Origin: an uncultured delta proteobacterium | GTDB lineage: Bacteria; Desulfobacterota; RBG-13-43-22 | Assembly (NCBI GenBank): GCA_963843145.1 | Contig: CAWJJC010000020.1 | Span: forward strand, 576,001-640,000 | Length of the DNA stretch: 64,000 nt | Direction: 5' to 3' | Part shown: positions 49,898-59,119 of the stretch, one piece after another | Position numbering within the stretch: position 1 is the stretch's first letter | Layout: each line of letters opens with the position of its first letter | The notes under the pieces: model-generated | The model's input: only the letters and a program-made list of their open reading frames with translations | The model's database searches: none | What the model was told of the DNA's origin: nothing | Position numbers and translations under genes: made by a program

Positions 49898-50865
49898 GCT
49901 GGAAGAAGGTCTGGATCTATCTGGTTGTCTTGGTGGTGGTGGCCGGGGCGTTTATCGTTTCGGAATTGTTTATTCCCCGCCAGGCCAAAGAAGACGACCA
50001 ACCCCCTCTATTTAATCTCACCCCGGGGGCCATTCAGGAAATCCGCTGGCAGCGGGGGGAGTCGGTCATCGAGCTCAAAAAAAATAAAAATTGGGAAATG
50101 GTAAAACCCCTGTCCACCCCGGCCGACCCGGTGGCGGTAGAAGGGGTGTTGCAGGTCTTGAGCAGCCTGAAACCGGAGCGTAAATTTAAGCCCGAGGGAA
50201 AGGACCTGACCGAATTCGGTCTGAACCCGCCCCTGGTCCGCATCGACTTCACCGCCCAGGGAAAAAAGTTTGAACTCCAACTGGGATCCAAAACCGTTGC
50301 CGGTCAGTCGCGATATCTCAAAACTTCCCTTCTCCCGGATGTCTATCTGGTAGAGGCCTTCGCCGCCAAGGAACTGGATCGCGATGTTTTGGCTTTACGG
50401 GAGAAAAAGGTTTTTTCCTTAACCCCGGATCGGATCGAGGCCCTGGAAATCGGAGTAGGGAAAAAGAATCTGCAATTGATAAAGACGGCCCAGGGGTGGG
50501 TGGAGAAAGGGCAACCGGAGAAGCGCTTGGATAAAAACCGGGTGGAATCCCTGATCCTGGATTTGACCTGGGTCAAGGCCAAAGAATTTTTGGAAGGGGA
50601 GAAAGAGAACTCCGCCTGGGGGCTGAAGGAGCCTGCCTATCGGATCCGGTTGAGCGGGGGGGAAAAAGAGAAAAAGGACGAGGGGCTATGGATCGGGGCC
50701 GAGGCTGGAGGCAAGGGCTTCTATGCCCGCAGCAGTTTGTACCCCTCGCCCCTGATTATTGAAGGCGAAATCTTAAAGAAGATCCCTGCTGATCTCAGCG
50801 GATGGGAAGAAAAGCCCGTTCCGGAAAAGGGATCCGCAGGTCCGGAAAGCAAAAAGGGTTCCTGA
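49894..50865 (+). CDS. DUF4340 domain protein
   Basis: N-terminal TM, two repeats with FGLNPP/WGLKEP; usual partner of GldG. Confidence 0.8.
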   Translation: MSWKKVWIYLVVLVVVAGAFIVSELFIPRQAKEDDQPPLFNLTPGAIQEIRWQRGESVIELKKNKNWEMVKPLSTPADPVAVEGVLQVLSSLKPERKFKPEGKDLTEFGLNPPLVRIDFTAQGKKFELQLGSKTVAGQSRYLKTSLLPDVYLVEAFAAKELDRDVLALREKKVFSLTPDRIEALEIGVGKKNLQLIKTAQGWVEKGQPEKRLDKNRVESLILDLTWVKAKEFLEGEKENSAWGLKEPAYRIRLSGGEKEKKDEGLWIGAEAGGKGFYARSSLYPSPLIIEGEILKKIPADLSGWEEKPVPEKGSAGPESKKGS

Positions 50866-51260
50866 TGGCAAAAGCAATCTTGGGTTGTTTAAAAAAACGG
50901 GATCTGATTCAGGAGGTAACGACCAGTCGCGAAACCCTGATCAAATTCGGGCGGGAGTATTTGAAGGAGGGACGCTGGTTGGAGGCCCTGGAGTTTTTTG
51001 AGCGGGCGCCGGATCCGGAAGGACTGCAAACGCTTAAAAATCAGGGCTTGGAAGAAGGCGATCCCTTTTTATATAAGCAAGCCTGCCGGTTCCTGAAAGA
51101 AAATCCGGATCCGGCGGATTGGAAACTGATTGGAGAAAAGGCCCTTTCTCAGGGCCGCTGGCTCCCGGCCCTCACCGCCTTCAAGGCGCTGGCCGATGAG
51201 ACAAAAATTCAGGAGATTACTCAGTTGATAGCTGATTCTAAGCAAAATGACCACGAATAA
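50865..51260 (+). CDS. Hypothetical helical (TPR-like) protein
   Basis: [20 protein letters not shown] and [17 protein letters not shown]; overlaps both neighbours. Confidence 0.7.
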   Translation: MAKAILGCLKKRDLIQEVTTSRETLIKFGREYLKEGRWLEALEFFERAPDPEGLQTLKNQGLEEGDPFLYKQACRFLKENPDPADWKLIGEKALSQGRWLPALTAFKALADETKIQEITQLIADSKQNDHE

Positions 51261-52350
51261 CCACAAACGGGATTATTACGAAGTCCTGGGGGTTTCCCGG
51301 CAGTCCAGCGAAGAGGAGATCAAGAAGAGTTACCGGAAAATGGCCCTCCAATACCATCCCGATCGCAACCCGGGAGACAAAGAGGCCGAAGAACGCTTCA
51401 AAGAGGCCGCCGAAGCCTATGAGGTCTTGCACGACGCTCAGAAGCGAGAATTGTATGATCGGTACGGCCATGAAGGCCTGCGCAATACCGGCTTTTCCGG
51501 GTTCAGCGGCTTTGAGGACATTTTTTCCAGCTTCAGTGACATCTTTGAAGACTTTTTCGGGTTAGGCCGAAGGGGCCGAGGCGGGGCTTCGCGGGCCCGG
51601 GAGGGGGCGGACCTGCGCTACGACCTTTCCATTTCCTTCATGGAAGCCGCCCAAGGGAAAGAAATGGAAATCAGCGTCCCCCGGCTGGAGTCCTGTACCG
51701 AGTGCCAGGGCAACGGGATGGAACCGGGCACCCAACCCGAAATCTGCTCTACCTGCGGCGGAAGAGGCCAGGTCATTCAATCCCAGGGTTTTTTCCGGAT
51801 CAGCGCCCCCTGCCCCCGCTGTTACGGCCAGGGCCGGATTAATACCCATCCCTGTAAAGCCTGCCAGGGCCAGGGTCGGATAGAGAAGACCAAGACCTTG
51901 AATTTGAAGATACCCCCCGGTATTGCCGGCGGTTCCCGGCTGCGTTTTCGAGGCCAGGGTGAGGGCGGGACCCACGGTGGTCCCCCGGGGGATCTCTATG
52001 TGGTCGTCTATGTGGAAGAGCATGAGTTTTTCCACCGGGAAGGGGACGATGTCCTTTGTTCCATACCGATCTCCATGATCCAGGCCGCTCTGGGGACCGA
52101 AGTGGAAGTACCGACCTTAAACGGCAATAAAAAACTGACCATCCCCAAGGGGGCCCAATACGGCCAGACCTTGAAGTTGAAAGGCGAGGGGTTCCCCCAT
52201 GTCCGCGGATCCGGCAAAGGGGATCAAATCATCCACCTGGAAGTCAAGATCCCAACCAAGGTAAGCCGACGGCAGGAGGAGTTGCTGCGGGAGTTTGAGG
52301 AACTGGACACCAAAAAGGGCGGCTCCAAGCTGTTCAAGATTTTTTCCTGA
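51247..52350 (+). CDS. dnaJ: Chaperone DnaJ (type I)
   Basis: [14 protein letters not shown] region, four CxxCxGxG repeats. Confidence 0.97.
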   Translation: MTTNNHKRDYYEVLGVSRQSSEEEIKKSYRKMALQYHPDRNPGDKEAEERFKEAAEAYEVLHDAQKRELYDRYGHEGLRNTGFSGFSGFEDIFSSFSDIFEDFFGLGRRGRGGASRAREGADLRYDLSISFMEAAQGKEMEISVPRLESCTECQGNGMEPGTQPEICSTCGGRGQVIQSQGFFRISAPCPRCYGQGRINTHPCKACQGQGRIEKTKTLNLKIPPGIAGGSRLRFRGQGEGGTHGGPPGDLYVVVYVEEHEFFHREGDDVLCSIPISMIQAALGTEVEVPTLNGNKKLTIPKGAQYGQTLKLKGEGFPHVRGSGKGDQIIHLEVKIPTKVSRRQEELLREFEELDTKKGGSKLFKIFS

Positions 52351-52397
52351 AGGCAAAATGATCTTCCGATCCGCTGCCTCCCGAGCGGGGTTGGCGC

Positions 52398-53267
52398 TTG
52401 TTACGCATTGATGCCCATACCCATGCCTATCCGGAAAAAGACCGGGAAACGGTCCTGGAAAGAGTCCGCCTTTTAGACGGACACCTGGCCGCGGACAACC
52501 CCTATAAATGGCAGCTTCACCAGGAGGGGACCATCGAAGCCCTGGTGGAAACAGAAACCCGGGCCGGGTTCGATCGCTGGGTCCTGCTTCCGATTACCGG
52601 TCGCCCGGACGGATGTTCCCGGTTAAACCGCTGGGCTGCCGCACAAGCGCAAGACTATCCGCAAATCATTCCCTTTGCCTCCTTAACCCCCCACTCGCCC
52701 ACCGCGGCCGAAGATTTGGCGGAAGCCTTAGCCCTGGGACTTCAGGGGATTAAAATCCATTCCCTGCTCCAACGGATTGATTTGGTGGATTCTCAAACGC
52801 TGGGCTGGCTGAGGATGATCCAAGAAGCCGGACTGCCCGTTTTGCTGGATTCCATGAACCTGCAGGGAGTCCGGGCCGTCAAGCCCCACATGGCTATTCT
52901 GCTGAATGAATGGGCGCCTTATGAAACCGGCCCGGAAAAGATCGGCTTCCTGGCTCGATCCTTCCCGGGCATCAAATTTATCGCCGCCCATGGAGGCTGT
53001 CTTTACGGTTGGGATTTACTGGATCCGATTTATGACCGGGATAATGTCTACCTGGATCTTTCCTTTGTTTTAGAGATCCTTCCGCCGGAAGAAATAGAAA
53101 AACTAATCCGACGCAAAGGGAGCGAATTTTTCCTCTTCGGTTCGGACAATCCCTGGCGCCGGCCGGAGGAATCCTGGGACCGGTTCCTGCGCCTTGATCT
53201 TTCCGACCTTGATCGGGAAAGAATCGCCGGCCTCACTTTCCAGCGGGTTTTAGGCCGGGACCGTTGA
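52398..53267 (+). CDS. Amidohydrolase_2-family metallohydrolase
   Basis: IDAHTH, GIKIH, AAHGG, FGSDNPW. Confidence 0.88.
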   Translation: MLRIDAHTHAYPEKDRETVLERVRLLDGHLAADNPYKWQLHQEGTIEALVETETRAGFDRWVLLPITGRPDGCSRLNRWAAAQAQDYPQIIPFASLTPHSPTAAEDLAEALALGLQGIKIHSLLQRIDLVDSQTLGWLRMIQEAGLPVLLDSMNLQGVRAVKPHMAILLNEWAPYETGPEKIGFLARSFPGIKFIAAHGGCLYGWDLLDPIYDRDNVYLDLSFVLEILPPEEIEKLIRRKGSEFFLFGSDNPWRRPEESWDRFLRLDLSDLDRERIAGLTFQRVLGRDR

Positions 53268-53321
53268 AATACAATCTCTTTTTTTTGATTTAAACAGGGA
53301 ATTGCCGGAAGGAAGGCCAAA

Positions 53322-54014
53322 ATGAAACGACGCCTATTTCTCGAAAAAGCGATGATCATGGGCCTGGGGGTGCTGACTCTATTGAAAGGGACGACGCCCT
53401 GGGGCCGGGAGCTTATTACCGAGGCTTCGGCAGCGGAACCGCCCTTTTCCGGTCAGGAGGTTCTCCTTCTGCCCCCCGATGAAAAAAACAACCCCTTTCC
53501 CTTGGAGCGGGCCTTGAAGGAGCGAAAGACCAGCCGCTCCTATGATCCGGGACGCACCTTATCCCTGCCGGAAATCTCCAGGCTCCTCTGGGCGGCCGAT
53601 GGGGTCAACCGGGAGAACGGCCGCCGCACCGCTCCCTCGGCCCTGGGCCGCTATCCGGTGGAGATCCTGGCGGCGTTGCCTCAGGGCGTCTACCGCTATG
53701 AACCCCAACCCCATCGGCTGGTCCGGATCTTGGCCGACGACCTCCGCAGCCGGATCCCGGCTCAGGGCGGTTTCAAGCAGGCGGGCATGATCCTGCTTTA
53801 CATAATAGACCGGGAAAAGGTTTCTGGTAAAGATTTGGGCTGGGCGGACCTGGAAATCGGCTGCATCGGACAAAACCTTTTTCTGGAGGCCGCGGCCCTG
53901 GGCCTGGGATCCGGCATCTTTGCCAATATGAATACCACAGAGGTCGCCAAGATGCTCGGGCTCAAGGACAACCGGATTCTGCGCATCGCCCAGGCCGTCG
54001 GGGCGGTCAAGTAA
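53322..54014 (+). CDS. Nitroreductase/SagB-ThcOx-family protein with Tat-like signal
   Basis: MKRRLFL; RKTSRSY, RTAPSA, QNLFLEAAALGLG. Confidence 0.85.
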   Translation: MKRRLFLEKAMIMGLGVLTLLKGTTPWGRELITEASAAEPPFSGQEVLLLPPDEKNNPFPLERALKERKTSRSYDPGRTLSLPEISRLLWAADGVNRENGRRTAPSALGRYPVEILAALPQGVYRYEPQPHRLVRILADDLRSRIPAQGGFKQAGMILLYIIDREKVSGKDLGWADLEIGCIGQNLFLEAAALGLGSGIFANMNTTEVAKMLGLKDNRILRIAQAVGAVK

Positions 54015-54095
54015 GTTCAAAAGCCACTCGGAAGACGTGGCGCCGGCCCATTTTAGCGACCTTGAATAACTTTACTCTCTCCCCTATCCTATCGT

Positions 54096-55100
54096 TTAAG
54101 CGGCCCTCCTCCGATCTGAATTCGTATCCCGTCCGAGGATATATCGCGCCAGCGGTTGAAGAAGTTGCGGGGATAGATAGATGGGAAACTGGGAAAGAGC
54201 GAAATAGATCCAGGTGAAGTCGGGCAAGGCTCCACCGGTCGCCGCCAGCATCAGCCCCAGGTTACGCTGGGAAGCCATGAACCCCAGCGCCAGGGCGCGC
54301 CCCCGCCCGGCGGACAAGAACAGGAGCGCCGTCAGGAAAAGGATGGCGAAGAACACCGCGAAGGCCAGCGCGGCCAGGGCCAGGGTGGCGGCAGGCGCGG
54401 CCAGGAATCGAGCGCCGACCCCTTCCATGACGGCCGCCACGAAGACAAAAAGGACAAGAATATTGAGGCCGTTCAGTTTTTCTTTTTGTCGTTCGATGGC
54501 CGCCAGGCCAAAAGCCCGGCGTAGGGAAAATCCAACCAAAGCGGCGCCCGCGAGGATAGCGAATAACTTGGTCGCCAGGCCCAGCGGTGCAATCGAGAGA
54601 CTTGGTCCGACGAAAACGTAGGCAAACAAGGGTCCCGTTAAGGGGATCAGCGCCGTGCTGCCGATCAGGGTGACCAGCACCAGCGTGGCATCCAGCCCCA
54701 TTATGGCGGCTAACGAGGGAGAGGCCATCATCGGCGAAGCCACGGCCTGCAGCATGAGCGAGAGAAACAAGTCGGGGGCCTGTTTATCGAGACCCCAGGC
54801 GTGCCCGCCCACGCCAAACAGGACCGGAATGGCCAGAGAAGTCCAAGCCGTGGCCGCCAGCACGAGAGCGGGACGACGAAGACACGCCAGGAAACTCGCC
54901 GTGTCCATCCGGAGGAAGGCGATTCCTAAGAGTACGAAAACGGCCTCCGTGACATACGGCTTGAGCACGGCGCCGAGCGCGGGGAGGAGGATGCCGACCA
55001 CCACGAGTGCGGCAACGGCTAACGGTCCTTGCCGGCCAAGCCAGGAAAGCATTGCTCCGGGTAAATCAATAAGGAGCCTTCTAAGAAACACCATTCCCAA
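54096..55100 (-). CDS. BASS-like Na+-dependent transporter
   Basis: Multi-TM protein, SPMMASP, QRNLGL, SQFPIY. Confidence 0.75.
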   Translation of the reverse strand: MGMVFLRRLLIDLPGAMLSWLGRQGPLAVAALVVVGILLPALGAVLKPYVTEAVFVLLGIAFLRMDTASFLACLRRPALVLAATAWTSLAIPVLFGVGGHAWGLDKQAPDLFLSLMLQAVASPMMASPSLAAIMGLDATLVLVTLIGSTALIPLTGPLFAYVFVGPSLSIAPLGLATKLFAILAGAALVGFSLRRAFGLAAIERQKEKLNGLNILVLFVFVAAVMEGVGARFLAAPAATLALAALAFAVFFAILFLTALLFLSAGRGRALALGFMASQRNLGLMLAATGGALPDFTWIYFALSQFPIYLSPQLLQPLARYILGRDTNSDRRRAA

Positions 55101-55112
55101 CTCGTGACATCC

Positions 55113-55676
55113 CTACTTAATCAACTTCTTGCCTACCTCCCAGGCAGGAGCCACATCGGGTCCCACGGCGGCATACATTTTCCGCGGTTGGATGAGCAGG
55201 AGGGGATTCATCTTCGCTATATCAGGGGCCCCGGCGGTTAGGTACCGCTCCTCCGAGTAAGCGGCCACAATCTCTCCGATAAAGAGCTGTTCCCTGGGCA
55301 GCTCCACGGTCTGGATAAGCCGGCATTCTATGCTGAATGGGCACTCCTTGATCATCGGCGCGGTTTTCAGCTTTCCATAGAAGGTCTCGAAAAGGGCCGA
55401 TTTATCAACTTTTCGGCCCGATACGATCCCACAGTAGTCGACCTTCTCCGCCATGTCGACCGAAGGAATATTGACACTGAAGGTCCGGTTTTCAGTAATA
55501 CCGGAGTTGGTGTAGTGGGCCTTGTTCATGCTCACCAGAACGTAGGCCGGTTTGGGATTGACCATGGTGAACCAGGCCACCGTGAGGAAATTCGCCTTCC
55601 CCTCCACGTTCGCGCCGACCAACGAACAGGGCATGGGGTAATACAACCGTTCTGCAGATACTTCGATCTTTACCAT
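55113..55676 (-). CDS. Flavin reductase/flavoredoxin-family protein
   Basis: YPMP, NFLTVAW, FSVNIP, DYCGIVSG, PMIKECP. Confidence 0.9.
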   Translation of the reverse strand: MVKIEVSAERLYYPMPCSLVGANVEGKANFLTVAWFTMVNPKPAYVLVSMNKAHYTNSGITENRTFSVNIPSVDMAEKVDYCGIVSGRKVDKSALFETFYGKLKTAPMIKECPFSIECRLIQTVELPREQLFIGEIVAAYSEERYLTAGAPDIAKMNPLLLIQPRKMYAAVGPDVAPAWEVGKKLIK

Positions 55677-55789
55677 TGGGTTCTCCTTTTTGCTGAGGTC
55701 AGTAAAATTTTCGCCGGGCACTTAGAATTCCCTCGGGAAAACGACTTTCGAGGGTCGTCTTAATCCTCAGGGGTTGGTTTTTGTTCTCC

Positions 55790-56473
55790 CTAGCGCGCCA
55801 CCCAGCCGCCACAGACCGGGAAGACCTGCCCCACGAAACAATCCGCCGGGTCGCTGCACAGGTAGGCGGCGAACTCCGCCGCCTCGCGCGCTCCCACCAG
55901 GCGACCCAGCGGCACTTCCCGCTTCAACCGCTCTTGGAAGCGCGGGTTGGCTTGAATCTCGGGCGGAAAGTAGGTCGGGTTATCGACAAAGTTCTGGGCG
56001 ACCGCGTTTACCTGGATATGGTGCACGGCAACCTCTACGCCGACGGATTGCACGTAGGCCAGTTGAGCGCCCCTGGCCGCGCTGTACGTGGAAGCCCGCT
56101 TCATCCCCCGCAGCGCCGAGGCGCTTCCCATGACCAGAATCTTGCCGGCCCGCCGTTCAATCATCTGCGGCAGAACCGCGCGGAACAACCGCGGAAGCGG
56201 GTCCACCAGGGCGGCAAAGGTATCCCTCCATTCCGTCTCGGTTACCTCCGTGGCCGCGGTGGCGGGGGCCGACACGGCCAGGTTGACGACCAGCACATCA
56301 ATCAGTCCGGCGGCCGTGACTACGGCGGCCGGTGCCTGGGGATCGACAAGCGGCTGGGTGTTCGCCATTACGGAGGCCCCCTGCTCGGCGAAGACTTCGC
56401 AGAGGAAAGGGCCCATGAAGGCCTCGGCCTGGGTGATGAGTACACGCTTGCCTTGGAGAAGGCTACCGGACAT
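55790..56473 (-). CDS. SDR-family protein (halohydrin-dehalogenase-like features)
   Basis: Lacks the GxxxGxG motif (TQAEAFMGP); S..Y-SAAR with Arg instead of Lys, plus QNFV..TYF, as in halohydrin dehalogenases. Confidence 0.75.
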   Translation of the reverse strand: MSGSLLQGKRVLITQAEAFMGPFLCEVFAEQGASVMANTQPLVDPQAPAAVVTAAGLIDVLVVNLAVSAPATAATEVTETEWRDTFAALVDPLPRLFRAVLPQMIERRAGKILVMGSASALRGMKRASTYSAARGAQLAYVQSVGVEVAVHHIQVNAVAQNFVDNPTYFPPEIQANPRFQERLKREVPLGRLVGAREAAEFAAYLCSDPADCFVGQVFPVCGGWVAR

Positions 56474-56627
56474 GGGACCTCCCTGGGGCGAAGCTGAAAT
56501 AACCGGGCAAAGGGCTACCTAAGGCGCCCAATTTAAATTATAAAGACTATTGGTTGAAAGCGGCAACGAGCTCCCCGAATTCGATCTATTCCCACACGAC
56601 GCATCAGGATCGTCTCTAGCCTCATAG

Positions 56628-57212
56628 CTATTTTTCTTTGCCGGCCAGCGCGTTCTCAATACGTCGATCCGGCACCAGCCAAACCAGTGCAACCAATACG
56701 TATAGACCTTGGGAGAGCCAGTGCGCCCAAAACGCCGTTGGGATGGCAATGAGGTAAATTAGGGGCGAGGCTTTTCCCTTCCAATCCCTGCCGACAGCCT
56801 TCCGGAGGAGAGAGTCGGGACCTTGTGCCGCAATGATAAATTGCTGTAGCATCCAGTAAGCGATCGCGGCCATTAACAGAACGACCCCATAGAAGGCCGA
56901 CGGTGCCGCGGCGAAGTGGTTCTCTCCCATCCAACCCGTGGCGAAAGGAAACAGGGATAGCCAGAACAACAAATGCAGGTTGGCCCAGAGCATCGGCCCC
57001 GTTACATGGTGAGACGTCTGCAGCATATGGTGGTGGTTGTTCCAGTAGATGCCGACGTAAACGAAGCTCAACACATAGCTCAAGAATACTGGTATCAATG
57101 GCGCGAGCGCCTCGAGGCTCTCGCCCTGCGGCACCTTCAATTCCAATACCATAATGGTGATGATGATGGCGATCACGCCGTCGCTGAAGGCTTCTATCCT
57201 GTTTTTACCCAT
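56628..57212 (-). CDS. TMEM175-family potassium channel
   Basis: RIEAFSDGVIAIIITIMVLEL, YWNNHH. Confidence 0.92.
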   Translation of the reverse strand: MGKNRIEAFSDGVIAIIITIMVLELKVPQGESLEALAPLIPVFLSYVLSFVYVGIYWNNHHHMLQTSHHVTGPMLWANLHLLFWLSLFPFATGWMGENHFAAAPSAFYGVVLLMAAIAYWMLQQFIIAAQGPDSLLRKAVGRDWKGKASPLIYLIAIPTAFWAHWLSQGLYVLVALVWLVPDRRIENALAGKEK

Positions 57213-57361
57213 TCAGACTCAGCTCTTACTCGAAGAAATTTCCACCCCAATTCCATTCTGGCCTTTTTCAAAAAATAGTATATCAAAAATTAGTCTGACC
57301 GTAGATGGTAATTTGTCTAGCCCAACGAAAATGGATCCTTTGGATCCGCGCCCTCCGCCGC

Positions 57362-58423
57362 CTACGGGTCCAGATGGATTTCCCCCACATCCTCCAGGCG
57401 GTCCGGCCGCCACCGGGGGCGGTCATCCTTGTCGATCAAACGGGCGCGGACGCCTTCCAGGTAGTCGGAATGATTCAGCAGGAACCGCGAAGCCTTGAGG
57501 TCCATTTCGAATACTTCTTCCAGGGTACGTCCCTGGTTATGCCGCAGCAATTGCAGGGTAACGGTCAGGGCCGTGGGGGAGCGCTCGGACAAGCGCTGAA
57601 ATATACCCTGGCAGAGATCGCTGAACAGGCTGCACTGGCGCAGATCTTCCAGAAGCTCCGGGATCGAATCCTTCCCAGCCAGGGTGGTCCTGACCCAATC
57701 GTCCATTTCCGGCCGGGGCGAAATATCCTTTGCGATAAAAGGTTCAATCACCGCGGTGATCTGTCCCAGGGCTTCGGCTTTGTCCCTGGGAAATCCCGTG
57801 GGTAGATTTTTCAGCCCTTCCATAAGGCCGGGCAGGTCTCCGGAAAGAACCAGGTGGGTGGCCAATCCCAGGCGCACGCTTTCCGTTCCCTGCACTTCAT
57901 AGCCGGTCAGCCCCAGGTATTCTGGGTAGCCGGGCGGGCATTTTTCAAAGAGCCAGCCGGTGGCGCCCACATCGGGAAAGAAGCCGATGCGCGTCTCCGG
58001 CATGGCCATGCGGGTCCGCTCCGTGGCCACCACCAGATCGGCCCCGGCGGCCAGCCCCAGTCCGCCGCCCATGGTAATGCCATCGACCAGGACCACCACG
58101 GGTTTGGGATAACGGTGCAGGCTGAGGTCCAGGGCGTATTCTTCCGAAAGAAGATGAAGCGCCTTATCCACCCGGCCCTCCCGGACATCCCGGGCCATGG
58201 CCTTGATGTCGCCCCCGGCGCAGAAGCCTCTTTCCCCCGCGCCGTAAAAAAGCAGCAGCCCCACGGTTTCATCCTCAGCCGCCCGTTCTACGGCCTTCCG
58301 GACCAAAGCGATCATCTCGGAGGAAAGGCTGTTCAGGACTCCCGGCCGGTTGAGCATGATGGTTTGCACCGGGCCGTTTTTAGCGATGAGCACCGGAGGG
58401 GCCGGATCGGATTTCAATTCCAT
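57362..58423 (-). CDS. 3-hydroxyisobutyryl-CoA hydrolase-like crotonase
   Basis: GFCAGGD, MGGG.GL, MPETRIGFFPDVG, EGVRARLIDKD. Confidence 0.9.
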   Translation of the reverse strand: MELKSDPAPPVLIAKNGPVQTIMLNRPGVLNSLSSEMIALVRKAVERAAEDETVGLLLFYGAGERGFCAGGDIKAMARDVREGRVDKALHLLSEEYALDLSLHRYPKPVVVLVDGITMGGGLGLAAGADLVVATERTRMAMPETRIGFFPDVGATGWLFEKCPPGYPEYLGLTGYEVQGTESVRLGLATHLVLSGDLPGLMEGLKNLPTGFPRDKAEALGQITAVIEPFIAKDISPRPEMDDWVRTTLAGKDSIPELLEDLRQCSLFSDLCQGIFQRLSERSPTALTVTLQLLRHNQGRTLEEVFEMDLKASRFLLNHSDYLEGVRARLIDKDDRPRWRPDRLEDVGEIHLDP

Positions 58424-58494
58424 TGTTAAAGACAAATTCTCAGAACAATGGATGGAAGAATCTATTGAAGGACGTCACCAATCCCTCCTCGACA

Positions 58495-58947
58495 TCAAAG
58501 GCTTCGTTCCAGGTTGATGGTAGTGGAAGGGCCAAATTGATTCGCGCTAAAAAAATGCGTTAATTTGGAATCTTTCCTGTCGACCAGGGTGTTTACTTTT
58601 TGAACGCCGAGACTTCTCAAGTGATCCATAAACTCATTAATCAACTGCTCACCGACACCCTGATGCTGGTAAGCGGGATCAACGCCGATGGTATCCAGGG
58701 TAGCCTGTTGCTGGAAAATACCAAATTCTCCCATATAGAGTTCTCCCATAACAAACCCCACCACCGTTCCATCTTCTTCCTCTGCCACCAGCGACGTGGG
58801 CAAATATTCTTTGGATTTAAAAAGCCTTTCAAACTTCACTTCATAGTACTCCGAACGGGAAGCCTGGAGTACTTTCTCGTCAATCCCGACCACGGCGTTC
58901 AAATCGTCAGCCTTCATGAGTCTAATTTTTCTGGTGTTCTTGTTCAT
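58495..58947 (-). CDS. GNAT acetyltransferase
   Basis: VGFVMG, IGVDPAYQHQGVG. Confidence 0.88.
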   Translation of the reverse strand: MNKNTRKIRLMKADDLNAVVGIDEKVLQASRSEYYEVKFERLFKSKEYLPTSLVAEEEDGTVVGFVMGELYMGEFGIFQQQATLDTIGVDPAYQHQGVGEQLINEFMDHLRSLGVQKVNTLVDRKDSKLTHFFSANQFGPSTTINLERSL

Positions 58948-59004
58948 GGGGCCTCCTTTCTCTTTAGGATTATAGCTTGGTCTTGAACCATAAGGGGGAA
59001 TTAT

Positions 59005-59092
59005 TCCCCGGTCCCGCCTATAACATCTGCGGGACCGGAATGACGACCAGAGGCCATTTCAGGACTAACCCGGTGAAGTTAACGGTATTGAG
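59005..59092. repeat. Degenerate right half of the 62270-62426 element
   Basis: CCGGAATGACG...ACTAACCCGGTGAAGTTAACGGTATTGAG resembles CAGAATGACG...ACTAAATCTGTTAAGTTAACGGCATTGGG. Confidence 0.55.
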
Positions 59093-59119
59093 TCCGACTC
59101 TTCGTTTCTCTTCCCGGGT

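Noticed and set aside
54096-57212. Integron cassette array (run of short co-oriented accessory genes)
   Set aside because: No convincing attC sites (RYYYAAC...GTTRRRY with inner repeats) and no integrase seen.
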